DNA from: a virus
Direction: 5' to 3' (one strand)
IMG/VR virus record: IMGVR_UViG_3300037420_001736
Coordinates: 1 to 64,000 of that record
DNA length: 64,000 bases
This document shows, piece after piece, positions 36,319-44,152 of this stretch. Under the pieces are notes generated by a model. That model made no database searches, had not been told where the DNA came from, and saw only the letters and a list, made by a program, of their open reading frames with translations. A program made the translations under genes and the position numbers. Every line of letters begins with the position of its first letter. Position 1 is the stretch's first letter.

Positions 36319-36520
36319 CCAGCGCCTCTACGCCCTGGTGTTCGAGGCCGACAAGGCGCATGACGCGGTGGTGGCGGCCCTCGCACGGCTCGCGACGTCG
36401 CCAGGAACCGGCAGTTTGCCCAAGCGCCAGGCCGATGTGATGGCCGCTGGGCAGCGCTGGGAGGCCGCGATGGTGGCCCTGTACGCGGCAGCCGGTGTCA
36501 GGCGAGAGATGAGGCTGTAG
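36311..36520 (+). CDS. Small hypothetical protein
   Basis: 69-aa track ORF. Confidence 0.45.
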   Translation: MADQRLYALVFEADKAHDAVVAALARLATSPGTGSLPKRQADVMAAGQRWEAAMVALYAAAGVRREMRL

Positions 36521-36550
36521 CGGCGCCTCTCACCCCAATCTGAACCCCAC

Positions 36551-36584
36551 GGCGCAGCGCTTCACGGCCTGCGCCGTTTCTGTT
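36551..36584 (+). terminator. Terminator-like hairpin ending the small-gene operon
   Basis: GGCGCAG..CTGCGCC stem followed by GTTTCTGTT. Confidence 0.5.
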
Positions 36585-36981
36585 ACCGAGCGCGGTTTCT
36601 CCTATGAGAACCACGGTAACAGCGCACCGTTACCGCACCCCTGAACAGCAACCCGCCAGGCCCCAGTAACGCCGCCGAAGGCCGTAACCACGCGGTGACC
36701 AGCCATGTTATGCGCTAAGTGCTTGTCAGCATTGAAGAAAGTGACACGGTAACGGGGTAACAGCGTTCCGAAAGCCCGGAGAGATATAGCGTGTGCGTGT
36801 GCGTGCGTGTGTGTGCGCATGCGCGTGTGCATGTGCATGCGCACGTGCGTGTGTATGCGTGCATATATATATATTTTCTAAGTTACTATGTTACTTCTTC
36901 TTCTAGTGACTCCTAAGTTGTTGTCGGGATTGAAGAATTTTGGAAACAATGGTTTGGTTACCCGCTGTTATCGCGGTTACT
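36582..36981. repeat. GGTAAC/GTTACC iteron array (candidate origin or protein-binding array)
   Basis: About 13 GTAAC/GTTAC-containing sites. GTAAC orientation at 36615, 36665, 36683, 36748, 36756. GTTAC orientation at 36582, 36629, 36882, 36890, 36956, 36967, 36975. GGTAACAGCG occurs twice. Confidence 0.6.
36789..36874. repeat. Perfect 86-bp alternating purine-pyrimidine tract
   Basis: Every position from 36789 to 36874 alternates R/Y (GT, GC and AT steps), ending in (AT)6. It is followed by an AT-rich stretch. Confidence 0.9.
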
Positions 36982-37041
36982 GGGTGCCGATCGTTCAAGT
37001 TCATTGAACATCACGCGAATACTGGGAAACCCCAGACCACT

Positions 37042-37057
37042 TAATCAAATTTGATTT
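37042..37057. promoter_or_regulatory. Palindromic operator-like box upstream of the 37097 operon
   Basis: TAATCAAATTTGATTT. The core AATCAAATTTGATT is a perfect palindrome. Confidence 0.55.
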
Positions 37058-37096
37058 AGAATTCGCCGCACCTCGTCGGGCAAAGGACCAGTCGCA

Positions 37097-37621
37097 ATGG
37101 TCGAATACTTCGGAATCGAGGCGGCACCCGGACAGACCTTCTTCCGGTGTGAACGCCAGCGCGCGACCCTCAGCGCGCCCGCCTGTGCGTCCATGTGGCG
37201 CCAGGCCAACCATGACAACCTGGAGAGCCGCATAGGCTGCAAGCGGTGCCCCATCGGCGCCGAGCACGCCGGTGAGCTCTACGCCAACATGAGCGCGCTG
37301 CACGGCACGCTGACATGCGCCAGGTGCCACCGCGGCGCCGAGCGCCTGATCGGCGGCATGCACTGCGTCAGCTGCTACAACCGCGAGCGCGAGGCCGTGC
37401 TGGGCCGCAACGCCAAAGGCACGCGGCCGACCAAGCTGCCGCCACTGGAGCCGCGGCGCCTGTGGTTCCTGAGCGGGCGCGCGCTGACGTGCCTGTCGCG
37501 GCCACGCACCACCGACATCAGCGAGCTGATCGTCAGCGCGCTGCGTGACAGCCAGGACCGCGTTCGCTTCGCCTTCCGAGCGCCGACACCGCGCCGTGCC
37601 CAGCTCGCCTTCCCCTGGTGA
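37097..37621 (+). CDS. Cys-rich (multi-zinc-ribbon) protein
   Basis: 174 aa with CKRCPIG, CARCHRG, CVSCYN. Confidence 0.5.
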   Translation: MVEYFGIEAAPGQTFFRCERQRATLSAPACASMWRQANHDNLESRIGCKRCPIGAEHAGELYANMSALHGTLTCARCHRGAERLIGGMHCVSCYNREREAVLGRNAKGTRPTKLPPLEPRRLWFLSGRALTCLSRPRTTDISELIVSALRDSQDRVRFAFRAPTPRRAQLAFPW

Positions 37622-37899
37622 GCGCCATGGACGACCACGTCTGGCGCATGACACGCCACGCCTGCGCTGTGTGCTTCGGCCGGATCCTGGCCCGGCCGCA
37701 CGCCGGCGAGACCCTGTACCGCTGCAGCAACTGCGGCCTGGAGCGCGTGAGCACGCGCCCCGAGACGCTGTGCGCCTGCGGCATCACGCTGAAGACCGGG
37801 CGCAATGCCGGCCTGCGCTGCCTGGTCAACCAGCAGCGCACGCCGGAGTGCCCGAGCGAGATCGTCGTTGAGGAGATCAGCGGCCCGCAGAGGCCGTGA
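37618..37899 (+). CDS. Small zinc-ribbon protein
   Basis: CAVCFG...CSNCG...CACG...C. Confidence 0.5.
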   Translation: MSAMDDHVWRMTRHACAVCFGRILARPHAGETLYRCSNCGLERVSTRPETLCACGITLKTGRNAGLRCLVNQQRTPECPSEIVVEEISGPQRP

Positions 37900-37973
37900 G
37901 CAGATTCGCAGTCTGTTGTGTTTGGTCCGCGCAGCAAGAGCTGACGCGGGTTTAGCGGCGATGCCGCGCGCGC

Positions 37974-37992
37974 CGGGCGCAGGTCGGGCGCT
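37974..37992 (+). promoter_or_regulatory. Two CGGGCGC(A/T) boxes at 11-bp spacing
   Basis: Boxes at 37974 and 37985. They end 14 nt upstream of the ATG at 38006. Confidence 0.5.
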
Positions 37993-38005
37993 TCATGGAT
38001 CGAAA

Positions 38006-38290
38006 ATGAGCAAATCAATCACCATCCACGCGCTGCCGACCTACGGCGGCAGCAGCATCGATCACGGCATGCCGGCCATGCCGGAACTGCTTGGGATTAC
38101 CGCGGCTGATCCGTTGTACGGCGGCCAGCCGACGGTGGCGGCGCTCGTCGATAGCGCGATGCCGACGCAGCTGTACCGCTTCACGGCCTATGCGGAACAC
38201 ACGGCTGTTCCCGACAATCCCGGCCGCTATATCGGCAGCGCCGTTGTCAACGGCCAGGCCCTGCACTACTTCGCGCCGGGGCAGCTGTGA
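38006..38290 (+). CDS. Small hypothetical protein
   Basis: MSKSITIHALPTYGG. 94 aa. Confidence 0.5.
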   Translation: MSKSITIHALPTYGGSSIDHGMPAMPELLGITAADPLYGGQPTVAALVDSAMPTQLYRFTAYAEHTAVPDNPGRYIGSAVVNGQALHYFAPGQL

Positions 38291-38502
38291 TCGTCTGGAC
38301 CGAAGCAGCGCCGCCGCGCCGCGGCACCTACCCAGTCAGGCGCACCAGCTCCAACGCCGTCGCTGGTTACCGTTACTGGGACGGTGAGCGCTGGGGCATC
38401 CTCTGCCACACCTACAAGGGTGCGCAGCACATCAAGACCACCGGCCGGCGCCGACCGATGCGCACGGTGCACTGGGGTCGAACCATTCAGGGGAACGGCT
38501 GA
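38287..38502 (+). CDS. Small hypothetical protein
   Basis: 71-aa track ORF with an overlap start. Confidence 0.45.
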   Translation: MIVWTEAAPPRRGTYPVRRTSSNAVAGYRYWDGERWGILCHTYKGAQHIKTTGRRRPMRTVHWGRTIQGNG

Positions 38503-38741
38503 TGGCCGACACCACCACCACGCCAACCCTTGGCTGTCGCGACAGCTGCGGCGCTCGCGTTGCCGATCAGGATGCCGCTCTGGCCGAGGGCTGGAGCTGG
38601 CTGGAGATCGCGAAGCAGTGGCGCTGCCCCGCCTGCTGGCGCGCCCTGCAGGCCGCCGGGCCGATGCGTGGCACCGACGGCCAGACCACCGACAACTTGC
38701 CGCCCGATTCGATCGGCGCCCTGAAGAAGCTGAAGCGATGA
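38502..38741 (+). CDS. Small Cys-containing protein
   Basis: 79-aa track ORF. GCRDSCGARV...WRCPACW. Confidence 0.45.
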   Translation: MADTTTTPTLGCRDSCGARVADQDAALAEGWSWLEIAKQWRCPACWRALQAAGPMRGTDGQTTDNLPPDSIGALKKLKR

Positions 38742-38775
38742 GCGACACCGACGACAGCGGACTGGGACAAGCAGC

Positions 38776-39066
38776 ATGAGCGACGACACCAGCTGTCGCG
38801 GCTGCAAGCACCTGCTGATCTTCCGCGGCAAGGGCTACTGCCTGCAGCCCTTGCGGCCAGCGGTCTACACCGTAGACCCTTACAGCGGCCGCGGCAGATG
38901 GCAATCGGTCGAGTGGCACGCCGGCCAGTTGTCCGGCTGGAGTGCGCCAACGGCAGAGGAGATGCGCAGTTGTCGCGGCACATGCGGCCCGCTGCGCACG
39001 CTGTACGAGCCGAACTGGAAGCGCCGCCTGTGGGCATGGTTGAAGCGTCACTGCACCCTGTCGTGA
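38776..39066 (+). CDS. Small Cys-rich protein
   Basis: 96-aa track ORF. CRGCKHL...C...CRGTC. Confidence 0.45.
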   Translation: MSDDTSCRGCKHLLIFRGKGYCLQPLRPAVYTVDPYSGRGRWQSVEWHAGQLSGWSAPTAEEMRSCRGTCGPLRTLYEPNWKRRLWAWLKRHCTLS

Positions 39067-39081
39067 TCCCAGCATGACCCC

Positions 39082-39453
39082 ATGTCGGCCTGGCGCTTCA
39101 CCCTCAAGCAGCTGCACGAGCTCGGCGGCCGCGCGACATACGCCGAGATTGCAGAGCGTACCGTCGACGATCCGCGCAGCGCGCTGCGTCAGGCCCGCGT
39201 TCTGGGGCTGGTCGACCATGACCCGTTCACGTCGGCCTGCAGCATCGAGGAGCGCCGCATTGGCGCCACCTGGTGGCTGACCGATCGCGGGCGGCAGTGG
39301 TGCGATGGCGCGATCACCGACGCTCGCCTGCGTCAACCCGGTCAGCGCATCGGCCGACCCCGCCTGGCCTTCACCGCCACCTGGCTCGCGCCGCTGCTGC
39401 AGGCGGCCGGGCCGCTCACACCGAGGACCTGCCCATGCTGTCAACCACTCTGA
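39082..39453 (+). CDS. Winged-helix-like small protein
   Basis: LKQLHELGGRATYAEIAERTVDDPRSALRQARVLGLV. Confidence 0.45.
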   Translation: MSAWRFTLKQLHELGGRATYAEIAERTVDDPRSALRQARVLGLVDHDPFTSACSIEERRIGATWWLTDRGRQWCDGAITDARLRQPGQRIGRPRLAFTATWLAPLLQAAGPLTPRTCPCCQPL

Positions 39454-39593
39454 CCTTCACGCTGTGGGCCGCTGCCTGGCACTGGTACCGCGGCGACTTC
39501 GAGACATCGGCCTCACTGGCCGCTGCCGCCTGGCATCAAGGAGTTCTGCCATGCACCTCACCCGCCTTGTCCGACGCCTGCCGCGCCGCCTGA
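39435..39593 (+). CDS. Small hypothetical protein (uncertain)
   Basis: MLSTTLTFTLWAAAWHWY. Overlaps both neighbours. Confidence 0.25.
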   Translation: MLSTTLTFTLWAAAWHWYRGDFETSASLAAAAWHQGVLPCTSPALSDACRAA

Positions 39594-39967
39594 TGACCTG
39601 GCTGAAGTGGACCTTCGCCGGCGCCGAGCTGCGCGAGCTCCACCAGCTGAAGACCGGCATGCGCCAGGCCACGCGCACGCTGGGTGTCGACTTCCCCGAC
39701 GTCGTCAACGCGATCGGCTACCTGGAGCTGGCGGCCAACGGCACGCCGTGCGACATCGAGAAGCTGAAGGCGCGCATGCTGGCGCGCCGCGCTGACCGGC
39801 TGGCGGCCGCCATCGCGTATGCCAGGCGCGACGACCGCGCCGCGCTGCGCCACGCCCTGGAGGCCATGAACGACAGCGGGCACGCCAACCCGCGCCGGCG
39901 CCGCAGCTACGACCGCGAGCCGGTGCAGCCGTCCTACGAGCACCTGGGCGATGGCTGCAACCTCTGA
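39551..39967 (+). CDS. Hypothetical protein
   Basis: AAGGAG RBS. MHLTRLVRRLPRRL. 138 aa. Confidence 0.5.
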   Translation: MHLTRLVRRLPRRLMTWLKWTFAGAELRELHQLKTGMRQATRTLGVDFPDVVNAIGYLELAANGTPCDIEKLKARMLARRADRLAAAIAYARRDDRAALRHALEAMNDSGHANPRRRRSYDREPVQPSYEHLGDGCNL

Positions 39968-40490
39968 CGACGACGCGCTGCTGGGCGCGTTCGAGCAGGC
40001 CACGGCCGAGGACATCGAGTCGCCGGACGTGATCGCCGCGCGCCTGATGGAGCTGCCCGAGCACGCGCACCTGAAGGACCACGAGCAGCGCTTCCTGATC
40101 CTGATGCGCGCCGAGCAGGACTACGCCGCCGGCGTGTTCAACCTCGGCCGCGTGCACAAGCCCGAGGTGCAGGGCAAGCTGCGGCCGCTGTTCGAGCAGC
40201 TGCTGGTGCAGTGCTACGGCTTCATGCCCGACTGGATCATCACCATCGACCGCCAGTGGTGGCGCGAGGCCACGCCGGTGCAGCGAGAGGCGCTGGTGTT
40301 CCACGAGCTGTGCCACGTGAAACAGGCCATCGATCGCTTCGGCGAGCTGCGCTTCAACACCCAGACGGGCGAACCGATCTTCGAGCTGCGCGCGCACGAC
40401 CTTGAGGAGTTCCGCAGCGTCGTCGAGCGCTACGGCCGCTGGAAGGACGACATCACCGCTTTCGAGGAGGCATTGAAACGCCATGGGTAG
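39951..40490 (+). CDS. Putative phage metallopeptidase (HExxH)
   Basis: REALVFHELCHVKQ zinc-protease motif. 179 aa. Confidence 0.6.
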   Translation: MAATSDDDALLGAFEQATAEDIESPDVIAARLMELPEHAHLKDHEQRFLILMRAEQDYAAGVFNLGRVHKPEVQGKLRPLFEQLLVQCYGFMPDWIITIDRQWWREATPVQREALVFHELCHVKQAIDRFGELRFNTQTGEPIFELRAHDLEEFRSVVERYGRWKDDITAFEEALKRHG

Positions 40491-40848
40491 GATTTGCCAG
40501 CTGGTGCGCATCGACGTGCAGCGCTTCCTCGACGCGGTGGCCGCGTCCGCCAAGGAGCTCGGCCTGAGCCCGCACCGCCTGGCGCTGAATGCTGGCGTTG
40601 CCAAGAACACCTTCAACAACATGCGCCGGCGCGACACCTCGCCCTCGGCGGCCGCGATGCTGTCGCTGGCTATGGCCGCCGGCCTGGACCCGCGCCACTT
40701 CCTGCAGGACACGCGCCGCTGCGAGCTGCCGCCCGAGCAGGATCCGCAGCCGCGCGAGAGCACCGAGCTGGAGGGCATGGCCGTGATGGCGTACATCCGG
40801 GAAACCTTGTTCGGTGTCAACATCCCCACGGGGCCGAGGACAGCATGA
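40483..40848 (+). CDS. XRE-family HTH regulator
   Basis: LGLSPHRLALNAGVAKNTFNNMRRRD. Confidence 0.6.
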   Translation: MGRICQLVRIDVQRFLDAVAASAKELGLSPHRLALNAGVAKNTFNNMRRRDTSPSAAAMLSLAMAAGLDPRHFLQDTRRCELPPEQDPQPRESTELEGMAVMAYIRETLFGVNIPTGPRTA

Positions 40849-41213
40849 GCGACCCCAACCTGCGCTGCATGGCCTGCGGCCAGGTCGGCCACCTGGCCGC
40901 CGCCTGCCCGCGTGAGTTCTGGCGGTACAAACCCGGGGCCATCGACACGGCGGCCGTGTTTCATGATCAAATTCGATCATCGCAACCCTGGAGTAGTCGC
41001 AATGCTCTGGAATCGAATCCTGCGCCTGTTCGCGCTCAGCGTCGCCACGCTCAACGGCGTGAGGTTCATCGACCACGTGCTGCAGCCCAGCGGGCCGGAG
41101 ACGGCCGTGCGCGTGGCTGTGGACTTCATCTGTCTCATGCTGGCCGTTGCCGGCCTGCGGCTGCTGCTGCAGGCGCGCGACGAGCTGGTGTTCATCCGCC
41201 AGCGCGAGCGTGA
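40845..41213 (+). CDS. CCHC zinc-knuckle mini-protein (3' end uncertain)
   Basis: MSDPNLRCMACGQVGHLAAAC fits CX2CX4HX4C. GC3 collapses after about codon 35, and there is no in-frame stop until 41213. Confidence 0.3.
   Translation: MSDPNLRCMACGQVGHLAAACPREFWRYKPGAIDTAAVFHDQIRSSQPWSSRNALESNPAPVRAQRRHAQRREVHRPRAAAQRAGDGRARGCGLHLSHAGRCRPAAAAAGARRAGVHPPARA
40964..40979. promoter_or_regulatory. Palindromic operator-like box TGATCAAATTCGATCA
   Basis: Exact reverse complement of the box at 54404-54419. Lies 22 nt upstream of the ATG at 41002. Confidence 0.6.
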
Positions 41214-41490
41214 AGCCGAGTACGACCGCGCCATACGTGACTCGGCCGACCTGGTCAGCGTCGGTCGCATCCGCTCGCCATGGATCATGTGGCACGCCGT
41301 CGACGGCCCGGGCCTCGTGCTGACCACCGGCAAGCGCGTGTGGCTCACCTGGTGGGACCAGCTGCGCGCGCGCCTGGACCTGGTCACGCCGTACCAGCTG
41401 CAGGTCGAGCATTTCGACCGCGAGGAGCGGCTGCTGGCTGACGTGCGCGAGGCGCTGGAAGCCGCACCCTATCGCCCGTTCAAAGCCTAA
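41002..41490 (+). CDS. Membrane protein
   Basis: CTGGAG RBS. MLWNRILRLFALSVATL plus a second TM segment. 162 aa. Confidence 0.5.
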   Translation: MLWNRILRLFALSVATLNGVRFIDHVLQPSGPETAVRVAVDFICLMLAVAGLRLLLQARDELVFIRQREREAEYDRAIRDSADLVSVGRIRSPWIMWHAVDGPGLVLTTGKRVWLTWWDQLRARLDLVTPYQLQVEHFDREERLLADVREALEAAPYRPFKA

Positions 41491-41533
41491 GCGCCCGCCG
41501 CGGCGCCGGCTGCGCCGCATCCCTGGAGAACCC

Positions 41534-42346
41534 GTGGACCCCACTCAGACCCATTCCTACTTCCTCACCGCCGAGGAGATCGAGGCCCTGCGCCAATGGC
41601 ACCTGGAGCAGGCGTCCGTTCCAGCGCACGACGTCATGGACCTCGGTGCCATGACGGTCGAGCAGGCGCGCGAGCACAAACTTCGGCACGCGCGCAGAGC
41701 TCTGCAGCTGGACATGCCGGCGGCGCTGGAGCCCTCCAAGGTCACCGACCCTTGCCTCGCCAAGCGCGAGCCCAACGAACCGATGTTCACGCTGCTGGGG
41801 CGCGACCCGGTGGCGGCCAGCTTGATCCGGCTGTGGGCCGCGGCGCGCGAGCGGCTGACGTTGCACCCTGGTGGCAAATTCACGCCGGCCGAACGCATTG
41901 ATGAGGCGCGCGTGATCGCAGCGAAGTGCTACGACCACGCCATAGGCATGAACCGGCAACCGTTCGACGTGCTGGACCTGCTTCCCGCGCACGTGCTGAC
42001 AGAAGCGATCATTCGCCGATCTGGCGTCACCACGAAACTGGACGCCTTCGCCGCCGTGCCGACTGCCGATGCTCCGATCCCTGCGCCGAGCGGCTTCGGT
42101 AGCGCCTCAGCCGTCATTGTGAAGTCGCCTCCTGTCGAGGGCGCTCCTGAGTACTTGGCATTCGTGCCGCCGCAGAATGGTCAGCCTGGACTCGTGAGGG
42201 CTGCCACTCCTGCAGAGGTGAGCATGACGGCGGCGAGAGCAGGCCTCGATACCGGCATGCAGCGGCAGGGCAGCAGCCTGAAGCCGGCCGAAGGCGACCG
42301 CTGGGCCGGCGCCACGCCGCTGCAGCCGCGCACCAAGTCGGCATAG
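41534..42346 (+). CDS. Hypothetical protein
   Basis: 270-aa track ORF (GTG start). Confidence 0.5.
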   Translation: MDPTQTHSYFLTAEEIEALRQWHLEQASVPAHDVMDLGAMTVEQAREHKLRHARRALQLDMPAALEPSKVTDPCLAKREPNEPMFTLLGRDPVAASLIRLWAAARERLTLHPGGKFTPAERIDEARVIAAKCYDHAIGMNRQPFDVLDLLPAHVLTEAIIRRSGVTTKLDAFAAVPTADAPIPAPSGFGSASAVIVKSPPVEGAPEYLAFVPPQNGQPGLVRAATPAEVSMTAARAGLDTGMQRQGSSLKPAEGDRWAGATPLQPRTKSA

Positions 42347-42418
42347 CTAACACGAAGTCTGTCGAGCTGGCGCCGCGGCCCGCGCCAATGCTTGCTGTGC
42401 AGAGTACGGGCCGCGCTT

Positions 42419-42437
42419 CGGGCGCCATTCGGGCGCA
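42419..42437 (+). promoter_or_regulatory. Two CGGGCGC(C/A) boxes at 11-bp spacing
   Basis: Boxes at 42419 and 42430. They end 10 nt upstream of the ATG at 42447. Confidence 0.5.
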
Positions 42438-42446
42438 ATCAACACC

Positions 42447-42800
42447 ATGAAAGATCGAACCAAGTACCTGCTGGCCCTGCTTGTGGTCCTGCTATTCATC
42501 GTCGACGTCATCGCGCTTGGCTATGCGGCTGCCGGAGACAAGTGGGGTCGCGTAGCCTGGCTGGCGCTGTATCCAACCTACGTCGCGCTGATCCTGATCG
42601 CCAAGCCGTGGTCGCTGCGGCTCGCCTGGTGCGGCTTCGGCATTCCGCTGATGCTGGTGGTGCTGCTGGCGTTCGCGCTCTACCAGACCTACAGGCTGAT
42701 GCACGAGCACCGGCGCCTGCCGCGGCGCGGCTACTGGCCTGCCCTGTGGCAAGACCTGACGGACTTCTATCGAGACGGGAGACAAGCATGGATGAGCTGA
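42447..42800 (+). CDS. Three-TM membrane protein
   Basis: 117-aa track ORF. Its end overlaps the ACP start. Confidence 0.55.
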   Translation: MKDRTKYLLALLVVLLFIVDVIALGYAAAGDKWGRVAWLALYPTYVALILIAKPWSLRLAWCGFGIPLMLVVLLAFALYQTYRLMHEHRRLPRRGYWPALWQDLTDFYRDGRQAWMS

Positions 42801-43039
42801 AGACAACCGCCGACAAGGTGCGCGCGGTCATGGCCGAGGTCTTCGGCGTGCCGACGGCCGACCTGAAGCCCGAGGTCGAGATGGTGCCGGACCTGGGCAT
42901 CGACTCGCTGGACACCGTCGAGCTGCTGATCGCGCTGGAGGAGGAGTTCGCGATCACCATCGCCGACGACGACTGGGAGAAGGTGCGCACCGTGCAGGAT
43001 GCGGTCGACGTGGTCGAGCGGCTGAAGGGGCAGGTGTGA
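42788..43039 (+). CDS. Acyl carrier protein
   Basis: MDELKTTADKVRAVMAEVFGV...PDLGIDSLDTVELLIALEEEFAITI, with the canonical DSL phosphopantetheine-attachment motif. 83 aa. Confidence 0.8.
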   Translation: MDELKTTADKVRAVMAEVFGVPTADLKPEVEMVPDLGIDSLDTVELLIALEEEFAITIADDDWEKVRTVQDAVDVVERLKGQV

Positions 43040-43299
43040 TGAACATCACCGAGATCCCCACCGAGGCGCTGGAGGAGGAGCTGCGTTCACGCTACGCGCG
43101 CGACTCCGAGGCCGGCCGCCGCCACGTGGCCCTGCTGGTGGTGCTGGAGCAGGACGGCCTCGTGCACGTCACGACGCATGTCCCGCTGTGGGCGATCAAT
43201 TCCACAGCCGGCATCCTGGTGCACTTCGGCCGAGACGCCATCAAGGCGCAGCTGCGCCGCGATTTCATCGAGAAGCACGACAGCGGGGGGACGCACTGA
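43036..43299 (+). CDS. Small hypothetical protein
   Basis: 87-aa track ORF. Confidence 0.5.
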   Translation: MMNITEIPTEALEEELRSRYARDSEAGRRHVALLVVLEQDGLVHVTTHVPLWAINSTAGILVHFGRDAIKAQLRRDFIEKHDSGGTH

Positions 43300-43751
43300 T
43301 GCGCTACGACATCGCCAAGCTGGAGGGCGCGCTGCTGGACGCCGCGGTCGCTCTGGTCACCGGCATGCTGCCGAATGGCCTTATGCCAGACGTCCGCGGC
43401 AGCGGAGCGTTGGCGCTGCACTGCCGCGACGGTCGCATCTACGACCCGTCGACAAACGACACGCTGTCGATGCAGCTGCTGCACAACCATCAGGTCTTCC
43501 TGGAGCCGCCGCACGACGTGCACCGCTCCAACATCGGACCCAACGGCAAGCCGCGCGGCACCTGGGAGACCTACGAGAGCTGGCACGCCACCGTGAGCGC
43601 GCGCGTGCGCACCTACCCCAACCCAAACGTCAGCGACCCACAGAATTGGCCCGGCTGCGTCGGCCGCGGCGAGGGTCGGACGCCGCACGTCGCCATCTGC
43701 CGCGCCGTGGTGGCGAGCTACTGCGGCGACTACATCGAGATGGAGGTGTGA
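43299..43751 (+). CDS. DUF2591/NinX-like protein
   Basis: MRYDIAKLEGALLDAAVALVTGM resembles the NinX N-terminus. Confidence 0.5.
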   Translation: MRYDIAKLEGALLDAAVALVTGMLPNGLMPDVRGSGALALHCRDGRIYDPSTNDTLSMQLLHNHQVFLEPPHDVHRSNIGPNGKPRGTWETYESWHATVSARVRTYPNPNVSDPQNWPGCVGRGEGRTPHVAICRAVVASYCGDYIEMEV

Positions 43752-44137
43752 TGCGTTGCCCCACCTGCGGCGCCGCAACGCACATCGAGCGCGGAGCCGA
43801 GACAAAAGGCGCGCGCCGCTCCATCCTGCGCGAGATGAACACGCCAGAGCGCTGGCGCGAGTGCGAGAGCGGCCACCGTTTCAAGACCTTCGAGCTCGAC
43901 GCCGCCGAGCTGGCCGAGCTGCGCCGTCAGGCCGTGGTCGGAGCGCTCGCCAGCGCGTGCGCGCGCCGCGCCACGCACATGACCGGCAAGCGCGTGGAGC
44001 TGCACGACAAGGTGCTGGCCGAGCATGCGCGCGGCAACGTCGGCGTGAAGAAGCTGGCCGCGCGCTATGGCCTGGCGAAGTCCACCGTTCAGACCTGGAT
44101 CAAGCGACAGCGCGAGCGACTAGCAGCTAGCTCGTGA
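43751..44137 (+). CDS. Zinc-ribbon plus HTH protein
   Basis: MRCPTCGAATHIER... and C-terminal KKLAARYGLAKSTVQTWIKRQ. Confidence 0.5.
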   Translation: MRCPTCGAATHIERGAETKGARRSILREMNTPERWRECESGHRFKTFELDAAELAELRRQAVVGALASACARRATHMTGKRVELHDKVLAEHARGNVGVKKLAARYGLAKSTVQTWIKRQRERLAASS

Positions 44138-44152
44138 CGCTAGTGTCGGGGC

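Noticed and set aside
36602-36844. 80-aa minus-strand ORF translating to MRMHMHTRMRTHTHAHAHAI...
   Set aside because: It is simply the translation of the alternating purine-pyrimidine tract and the iteron region. It has no RBS, a nonsensical low-complexity product and lies in a non-coding context.
36521-37096. Telomere-resolution site (telRL) of an N15-like linear plasmid-prophage, suggested by the central alternating CG/TA sequence
   Set aside because: The region is not a long perfect palindrome. No protelomerase-sized gene is present in the window. An integrase plus tRNA att junction is present instead.
40845-41490. Programmed +1 frameshift fusing the CCHC knuckle ORF to the 41002-41490 membrane protein
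   Set aside because: There is no recognisable slippery site or stimulatory structure. The downstream gene has its own RBS and ATG, and an operator-like box sits between them.
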